Shown here piece by piece: positions 26,166 to 36,000 of a stretch of DNA of 64,000 nt. Source of the DNA: Nemertoderma westbladi (taxonomy: Eukaryota > Animalia > Xenacoelomorpha); the NCBI GenBank assembly GCA_032718475.1, contig JAUCBJ010000412.1, positions 1 to 64,000 on the forward strand. The letters are read 5' to 3'. Below the pieces are notes generated by a model that saw nothing but the letters and a program-made list of their open reading frames with translations, was not told where the DNA came from and made no database searches. Position numbers and translations under genes: made by a program. Within the stretch, counting starts at the first letter, position 1. Each line of letters begins with the position of its first letter.

Positions 26166-26678
26166 ATATCTGAGTATGATCTCGAAGTGGTTCACGTTAA
26201 ACGGGTTAAACGCAATTGTGCGTCAAACCGCATGTGGAGTGTTGCATCCTCCCTTAGGCATTGCAGGGTTGCCTGTATGCCCAGTTCGTGTGGTATGGAT
26301 TTGTAAATTTCATTTTAATTTCATTGACGTCCGAGTCTCTCTGAAGCTGTCTATTGACAGAGTAAAAATTCAATCCCAAATTTTTAACCTAAAGCAATAT
26401 AAGAAAGGAACCATGGCACTCTATTTTATCATGCGTCGTACTGTACCACTGAGATCCTTAAATTCTACCCGCAACTCCATAAGGTGTTGGTGAAGCGCAC
26501 CTCCCTCGATGCTCTTGGACGGTAAATAACATATCTCGGGACGAACGGCAAATAAAGCATATTTTATTTAACGCACAATAAATAGTTAATATTTTAACCT
26601 GCTGCAGTAATAGACTAACCAAATAATTAGCCACAAAAATATTTCTACATTAGTAGAACTGAAACTGTGTAATAATTT

Positions 26679-28889
26679 TGTTACGGTATATGGCGCTGTA
26701 TCCACATTATTAGTCGTTATACTGTATGCATTATTAGTCCGTTATGCAGTATGCAATATTAGTCCGTTATACTGTACGTAATATTAGTCCATTGTGCAGC
26801 ATGATATTTTAGATAAGGCATAATAACGCAGTGGTATTTAGATAGGGAAATCGAGACACCCATATATTTGAATCCATCCATTTTGTACAGTATGTAGCCC
26901 TACCTACGTAATTTTGTATTAGGATATATGTAGATAGTTCCAGGGTAGCGAGTTTATTCGGACCCTGGATTTTGTGCTTGCTGATATTAGCATCGATAGG
27001 GCTAGCATATAGGGACGCTGTCCTGGCCATTCAGCAGCCAGGGACGTGAACCATTACCATATATGGTAATAATTTGAGGTTTGGGCAAGCGATAGGGCTA
27101 CAATCCGGCCTCCTTATTGGACTAACTGCTTCCAGGTTGGTCTAATGCTAGCACGGACTGGAGAGCCAATAGGAGAGCGATTGAGTCACCCTATTGCATC
27201 ACCCCATCCGGATCACCTATAAATTGGCGGTGTGCCGGTAGAGCCTCACATGACACCTCACATGATCTGCTATCACCTTTGTACTTGTTGAGCTGTCTCT
27301 ATTCAATTTTGACGGATATTTTAGCGTATTTTCTGCAATTTGCTAATTTTGATTAATTTCTTGGAATGATTTGCTAGTGCGATTACTCTCGATTGTGTTT
27401 CTCAATTAATTCCTTCGATTACTGCTAATTACAACTGAACTATGATTTCTACTTTTGATTAATGGTTCTATGTGATTCCTTTCTGCGCAATAATCCTAAG
27501 GGATTTCTGAGACTGTCAGACTTTGTGATTTGCATGCGCCGCTACGGTAGCTATTAGCATAATGGAGGGCTAAGGTGCCAGTGGGCGGTGGGCACATCGG
27601 GGGGTTGAGCGACTAGGAGAGAGCGGAGGATTCAAAGCGGGCAACGCTGGCTAGGGTCACCGTTGCGGGCGGGTATCTTGCACTGTAACACGCAGACCAT
27701 TCGCCGATACAGTAACTAGGGGGCTGATGATCCAGGTTTTGTCTCTATTTAGTATTAGGGGGGCAGGAATCGGGTTAGTTAGGAATCCTAGATGTATCCG
27801 GGAGAGGCCTGCGCGTACTACAACGTTGAGTGTAGAGTACGAGTAGTGAATCGCATAATTGTGGGCTATACAGTAGTTAACTGCATAATTGCGAACTGTG
27901 ATTTCTGACGCTGATTGGTGTGTTATTGAAGTGTGCCTATGATTATGAATGTTTAGGTAGGCGCCCTTTTCTTTTGATTGATTTCTATTTCTTAGTTACA
28001 ATAATTAGTTACTGATTAGGTCAAAGTAATACGGCAATTTAGGCTATTACTAGCGAAACCTGTTGCGTAATAAATTAGAATTACGTATTCTGGAACTCTT
28101 AGTAATTAGTACGCTGTTAAATATTTGTGACTGTAATTGATTAGTAAAAATTAAGAATTAGTACGCAGCATAGCGGAGAGTAGCTAAGGTAATAATTAGA
28201 GTACTGTAAACTATTCACGCTGAGCGGTTATTTGCACTAGCGGGCAATCAGCTAGATCGCACTATTCGGTACGCACGATACGCTAGTAATTTGCTGGCCT
28301 AAAGCCAGCCGCAGGCAAGTTTAGACCCAGAGTGGTACTATCCACGTAAAAACAATTACTGTATCATTTTGATTATTTTAAATATTCTCGCATTCACACA
28401 TTACGTTAGGGAACCTCCAGTATTCGCGATTAGAAAGACGTAGACAATAGCGTGTTTTAATAGTGATAGAATTAGGCGTAAGAATACTCTGAGTGCAAGG
28501 CCTCTCGCACTCGTCTTAAGTAAGCTTAGGGAGCCGACTCGGGTTTATTGTTTTGGTTATTCCCGCGTGGCTCATAGATTCGAACAGTTAGCTCTCTATC
28601 GAGCGATCGGTAGAGAAAGGAACAAGCGATTTTGCAGGAGTTGTGTAAAATTAGTAAAATATATTAGCGGACGGCAGATTAGCGCCATCCAACGGTAAGT
28701 AGCGGTTTTGTATTTAGCCACCTTTACAATTTAGTAATATCACGCTCCTGATCCCCTTTACTTAACAGTAGAGCATTCTTTGTGTCTTATTGGTTAGGCG
28801 AGAGCTCATTAGGTTGACAGAAGGATATTAACGGGTATTGGTCTGTTCAACAGTTCTGCTGTTAGTATAGAGGTCGCGGTTGTTTATCA
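26679..28889 (+). repeat. 5' LTR
   Basis: TGTTACGG...GTTTATCA, repeated at offset 16,783. Contains short TATTAGTCCGTTAT.C.GTA tandem units near its start. Confidence 0.97.
27160..27225 (+). promoter_or_regulatory. Candidate Pol II promoter in the LTR
   Basis: CCAAT at 27166-27170, TGAGTCA (AP-1 consensus) at 27182-27188, TATAAA at 27218-27223. Same motifs occur in the 3' LTR. Confidence 0.5.
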
Positions 28890-30085
28890 GTAATACGCGT
28901 ATTTTATTGGCTGTAGGCTGTAGCGTACAGTAAATAGTGTATTCTTAGGCTGTTAGTTGTATCACAGTATTGAGTAATAAATTAGAGCACGTGATCGTCT
29001 GCTGTAGGCTATAGGCTAGCGTACGGTAGAACATTGAGTATATTCTTTTAGGCTGTTAGTTTAGATTACTGTATTCACTGGCTGCGTACAATAGTACAGT
29101 AGTACATTAGGCTGATTGCTGTTACTGCGTATGGTAGAAGAGACATTTGTTTTGCCGTACCACACACAGTATCATTAGGCTGTTAGGTTGGTGTACTGTT
29201 TTACTTACTGTACTGCATACAGTGAATGTACGGTAGTGCGTTTTGCTAATTGCGAATACAGCAGTTCCTTAGGCCTTAGGGCAAATTGTAATTAGTAAGT
29301 TTTTTGAAAATTATTAGCTAGGTTTGCGAGAATTCAGTTTCGGTCAAAATTATTTTGTAAAATTCTAGAGTTTTGTACCGGTATGTTAGGTAACCGCTTA
29401 GTTATTTTATACCATCTGGAGATACATGGCAAGACGGAACTTCTGAGTTTGGGGTTCGTGTGGGTCTGCGGGTTCGGTTTGCAATCAGCGAAGGGCCTGA
29501 ATCTTTGGACGCGGACGTGGAATCTCACAGCAAACAAGGTTAGTTGTTCTGTTGGCACCATAGTGTTTGTGGAAGCAGTAAAAAATTATCGGTTGTTTAA
29601 CTGCGAAGCTGAACTCAATTTATTAGTTAGGATATTTAGGTTTAGCCGGCCATGGTTTTGAATCGCTCAAGTTAGAGAGAGAGTTAGAGAGAGTCGCAAC
29701 CCGAAGATGTAGCCACGCGCTAGTGGATACATATAATATTTGAAACTAAAATTACGTTAATTAGAGCTATATATATATAAAATTAGAAATATTCGGGCGG
29801 CAAGTATATTTTGAATATTTTGTATTAGATTCAAAGTTATTTTGTGCTATACCGGTATTTAATGCTATATAATAGCTATATAATAATATTTTTGTTTAAA
29901 TATTGTGCTAGTATTTGCTATAACTATATACCCCATTAAATTCACAATATTGCATTGCGAATTTATTTTGACATTTTGGACCAACTGATTATTTGACAAA
30001 TAATTTGACCGTGTTTCGGTTAAATTATAATTATATCTCGAACCTTTGCGAGATATTTTGCCGGAAGGCAAACATTATTTAGACT

Positions 30086-33000
30086 ATGAGTGTCTCAGAC
30101 AAAGAGGCACTAGAGGACAGCTATGAGACGGCGGCTGGACCGCCGACTGACGATAGCGTAAACATTACTGTTGATGACAATGCCGACTATGACGACGCAG
30201 CGAGCGACGCTGACGTAAGTGAACAGGAGGACGAGACAGTGACTAGTGAGGAAGAACAACAACCTCAAGTAATAGTATTAGGATCCCCTACCGCTACTGA
30301 TAGGAAGGACTGTACGGCAGCCCGGACAGAGGTGAGTGATAGGGAGGGTAGTGTAGCAGAAGCGAGAGCCCGGAGCCCGGTTTCCAGACCTGTGGGTATG
30401 GTAAGTGCCGTGGTCCCAACGGCTGTAAGGAGTACCCGTAGTTCCCGAAATAATCCTTCAAGTCCACCGAGTGTGAGTCAGGTAAGCGAGAGAGAACTAG
30501 ACATTGCGATAAAGAAGAAACTTCGCGCGCATGCCGGACATATAACTCGGACGGCGGACAAGGTAAGGAAGATGTTAGCTGACTCAGCGAACATCGGGAG
30601 GGTAGAGTTAGTAGAGATTAGAAGAGGATATAACTCAGCGTTATTCAAGCAGACGGAGGAGCTTGCAGTCCTAGCGAAGAAGGCAGTAGAGTCTCAGTCG
30701 AGCGACGTGGCGACGAGGATTTATGATAGGGTTTTGGCAGCCCTGTTGGAGCATCGCGAGTTATCGGAGCGATTCCGACGAGTTAGGACGGAGAACTGGC
30801 TGCTATGGGCATCACAAACGCAGGCGACTCAGGTGAGTGACGCAGAGTTGAGAGACTTAGTGGAGCGAGAAGAGATCCAAGATAAAGAGGAGCGCCGGTA
30901 TCAAAGGGAAGTTACTAGCTGGCTGATGCAGAATGGAGTGGTGGTACCAGGCCAGGTGCTACCGACGACGGAGAACATTCAACAGAGGACGTTGACTCCA
31001 CCCGACGACGCATCCAGAGACAGTGGCGATTCCCAGGTTAGTCACGCGCGAGGGAAAGTTATATGTGCTAGATCTCTTGTTTCTCACAACTCGGCGGAGG
31101 AGAGAAGACGCCGACTGGACGAACAGCAGGCGGAAGTTTTGCGTGCATCGGAAGCACGGAAGGAAGCCGAGCAGGAACGGGAGCGAACACGTAAGTTAGA
31201 CGCGAAGTTGCGCGAATTGGAAGAGAAAGGTAAGCGTGAGCGAGCGGAACGCGAGCAGAAGGAACGTGAACTTCAACTTGAACGCGAACGCAAGGAACGC
31301 GAACTCGAACTTGAACGCGAGCAGAAAGAATGCGAACTCCAGCTCGAACGCGAACAGAAGAAACGCGAACTCGAACTTGAACGCGAACGCAAGGAACGCG
31401 AACTCGAGATCGAGAAAGAGCGACAAGCGTTGTATGAAGAAAGGGCGCGTGTGGAAGAAGAGGGCGCAGCGAGACGAGCGAGGGAAGAAGAAGAACGTAA
31501 ACTGGCGCAGTTGGAAAGTGCGAGATTAAGTTTAGACAGCGAAGAACGGACTAGGAAGGCGAATGAAATCGCCGAGAAGGGGATGCGAATGATCGAAGAA
31601 TGTGGGGCGAGTGTAGGGACTGAGTTGCGAGAACTGTTCGCACTGCAGAAGGCCGAACAGGAAGCGAGAACTCCGACTATACGCGAGTCGACGCCGACCA
31701 GAATTCCTATACCCGGTCCAGCTATTACGAGTACACGGATCGCTAAACCGTTCTCTACATATCGCACGCCAGTTGGTATTAGTGCTTCACCTATCGCGCA
31801 GAATCTACGTCATCGGAACACCGCACCACTATACACCGAACGCGACAACGGAGAGTTTAGAGAAACTCCGACGGGACGAGTACTTGGCGAACCGAACCCG
31901 CGGGTTTGGAATACGCGGACGGAGCGCCGACCCAGTTCAACGGAGAACTTCCGGGTTAAACCGGAAGAGGGATCATATGAGAGACAGCGGATTACTCAGA
32001 TAGAGCCGACTATACAACAGAACCCTAGCCAGGAATTTATTACGAGAGATGAGTTAAGTGCTAGTTTAGCGCAAGCTATATCGCCGCACATCCAACCTAT
32101 AACGGACATGCTTAGCAACCTACGGTTAAAGGAAGCAGCCCAGGTAAGAAGTAATTCAAATCCCAGCAGGCCTGAATTAGATAAAGTCCAGCCTAGTCAA
32201 CGAGTACGTATATCGGAGGAGACTATACCATATAGACCTCAGGTAAGGACGCCTGTCCCGAATATCCATAATCCCAATTTCGAAAATTCGGCGGAAAGAT
32301 TTATTGAGGAGGCTTGGGTCAGGGCCTCGGCGCGCAAACCATCGCGAGCGCTAAGGACTGACACCGAGTCAAGCGATGAAGAGGAAGACATGAGACGTCA
32401 GAAGTCCCGAAACTATAAGGAAAGAAGGACCGACGCGGAGCAGGTAAGTTGGAACCACCGGGAAAGGAACAGACTTAACAACCCTGCGGAACTAAACCAT
32501 TTGTTAACCCGGAACGACGCAACCCTTAGGGACATAGGTAAGTTTGCTGCTAGGCAAGGACTGCCGACGCAACAACCCCAGAAGTTTATGGGCAACCATA
32601 AGCATTGGAGGACTTTCAAAACCTATGTCGACGAGCAGCTAACCAACAGCACCTTTACTCCCAACGAGAAGTTCAACTATTTGCTTCAGATGCTCCATCG
32701 AGAACCTAGAGCCATTGCTGATAACTTCGTCGGCAATGAAAGGGCATTCGAGTTAGCGATGAAGACGCTTAGCGACATCTACGGGAATAAAACGAAGATG
32801 GCGCAGTCGATAGTAGAAGACTTGGGTAAGGGCGGAAGGATTACAACTCCGTTAGAGCTGTTGAACTTAGCGAACGCTATTTCGAACGCATTGGACATCT
32901 TGAGGACGGTGAATCTACCTCATCATGGTGATCACGCCGAAGTTTTAAAGAGCGTAATAAGACGTTTAAACATGCGTTGTCGACAGAAATGGCGCAAATT

Positions 33001-36000
33001 AGAGAATAAGTTGGAGGGCCAAGGTAAGGTATTGACACTTCAGCATATTCATGACATGATAGCCACAGACGCAGTAGCAGAGATGAAATCAAACTTCTCA
33101 GAGGAGAACATGAGGGAGTCTAAACCTGTTACCGGTAAGTCTATGGTAAGTTTTGACGATGACAGGACCACTGTGACATTTAACTCAGTAGACAGATATA
33201 ATTCGAGTACCCCAGCCTTTAGATCAGACTCGCGAGTATGGTCAGGTGAGCGGTTAGATAGACCTAGGTTAAAGCAACAGGAGTTGCCGGATGGATTTGT
33301 AGGTTGCCAATACTGTTTACTAAAGGAGGTAAGATCTGACGATCATAAGTTAGATAGTTGCAGACGGTTCAAAGAATTAAATTCGGAACAGAGAAGAGTT
33401 CAAGTGCGGACGTTGGACACCTGTTGGGCATGTCTTGCGCCAGGCCATGTACGGCGGCAGTGCCCGAACAGCAAGGACGGATGCATGGAATGCGGCAGAC
33501 TACATCACAAGTTGCTACATGCGGATTTCCATACCCCAACGGACCGTTACTTACAGCGAAATCCTCACAGGAAGGGGAGCAAAGAACCCGTATCGATAAG
33601 AAGGAATACGTACACTGGCATCCAGGACGATGGTTACCAACCAGGTTCGTCGGACGAGGATGGCGAGTCGAGCGCGAGAGAGGTGACCTGCCAAGGTTTC
33701 ACCGCGGATAGTTCATCGACCAGCGCGCGGACGTATTTATCATCGGCCACGTCGGAAATATTTAGCGTGATTCCGGTGAAACTCACTGGAGATAAGGGAT
33801 CAAAGCGGATATATGTGATGTTGGACACTGCGTCCACATTATCTTATATCGACGAGGAAGTGGCGAGAGCTGTTTCTAGCTTCCAGGATGCCGAGGAGAT
33901 CCAAATAGAGTTGAAGTCTATGCATGGAGTAGGAGACCTCAAGGGACACAGAATTTCGGTAGAACTAGATTCCCTACTTCCGAGAGACCAACATACTCGA
34001 CAAGAACGGAAAGCTTTGCCATTGGACAGATTTAAGTGTCTAGCTATGAAGGGATTCGGCAGGCAGTTAGGTAAGGTGCCGCCGATGAGTCCCATAGCAC
34101 AGGAGTATTTTGACAAGCTCAGGATACCCAGACACCAGGTAGGTTATAGGAATGTTTCTATGTTGATTGGTGCAGAACAGCTGATCGCACACCAAATATG
34201 GGAAACGAGACCAGCTGAGCCGCATGTCAATGGACCACATGCCCATAGGACCATACTAGGTTGGTATACACGAGTACCCATGTCTTATGAGTTTACAGGT
34301 GGCGACAAGCCAATAAACAGATACGACGAATTACAGCCTATAATTCAACCACCGTTAGTAGAACCACCAGACATAGACGAGTTTAGGAGAACCTGTATTG
34401 ACCACTATAGTGACTTTAGCGAGTCGGACGAGGAGTTGATTCCCGATAATGTTAGGTTGTCGGAACCACTTCACAATAACCGGACAGATAGTGAACCCGA
34501 GGACTACTGTTATCAGACCCGTGGGTCTGGTTCAGCAGCCCACGCTACCTATTTGACTAACGTTTTGACTTATACAGACATAGTGGAGGGTCAAGTGGCT
34601 AAATATCGAGACCTAGACATTTTCCAATACAGTGAGGAGGAATTACAGAAGGAATTGATACGCCAGGACCTCGAGACAGGAGCCAGAACCGTCGAATGGC
34701 TGGATAGGGACGCAATGGAACCCGGTGGATATGACCTAGCCATGTCTACTGATGAGAAACGGTCGCTGGAGATGATGGAAGATACCATACGTCTGCTACC
34801 GACTGGACATTTTGAAGTTGGAATGTTGTGGCGTCGACAACCACCTAAGTTGGAGAACAACTACAACTTAGCCTTGAAAAGATTAAACGGAGTAAGGGCT
34901 CGGTTGTTGAAGAATCCGGATATTAGGGAGAAGTATTGCGCCCAGATCAACAACTATTTCGCCAAGGGATTTGCTGGGAAGGTAGAGGACCCTGACTTAG
35001 TGACAGACCAGACTTATTACCTTCCACACCACTATGTGACTCACCCTGACAAGCCAGACAAAGTCCGAGTAGTCAACGACTGCGCAGCAGTCTATAGAGG
35101 TATGTCCCTGAATTCAGAGTTGATGGATGGTCCCAACCTGAACAACTATTTGATTGGAATACTGTTGTGTTTTAGACAGCGGCGATTCGCATTTACTTGT
35201 GACATCGAGGCGATGTTCCACCAGGTAAGAGCCTGTAAGGCAGACCAGGATAGCCTTCGCTTTCTCTGGTACGAGAATGAAGACTTATCCGGCCCAGTGG
35301 TTACATACCAGATGTACGTAAGGATATTTGGCGCCCGCGATAGTCCAAACGGCACGCTGTTTGTTCTAAAGAAAACGGCAACAGCCCAGATTGGTAAGTA
35401 CCCAGTAGAGGTTATCGAGTCCATCTTGAGAAACTTCTATATGGACGACGGATTGGTGTCTAAGGAGACAGCGGAACAAGCCATAGAAGTGGCTAACGGC
35501 CTACAGAAGTGCTTGGCTACAGGGGGTTTTCCTCTGACCAAGTTCACTACCAATTCGGAGGCCCTATTAGAATCGTTCCCGGTTAAAGATCGCGGGAGCG
35601 GAGACATTGAATTGGGGGTGGAACCCATTCCCATGGCGCGAGTACTGGGACTCGCTTGGAATCCGAACACAGACAAGTTCCAGGTAAGAGTTAGATTTGA
35701 GCCCAGTAGCCCAGACAAGATTTTGACAAAGAGAATTTGCTTATCGATGTTAAGTAGACTATTTGACCCGATGAACTTTATCAGTCCGGTAATATTACAG
35801 GCACGAGCGTGCATGAGGAAAATTTGGTTGTCCGACCTGGAGTGGGACGAACCAATATCTCCTATACATGCAAAGCAGTGGAGGGAGTGGGAAGCCGAGT
35901 TGCATCTATTGAAAAATATAGATGTACCCCGATCCTACTTTCCGAATCAGCTGGTATTTCCAACTGATCTCGAACTCCACCTATTTAGTGACGCAAGTGA

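Noticed and set aside
26809-27030. 73-aa - strand ORF present twice (also 43592-43813)
   Set aside because: Duplicated only because it lies in the LTR; no recognisable motif.
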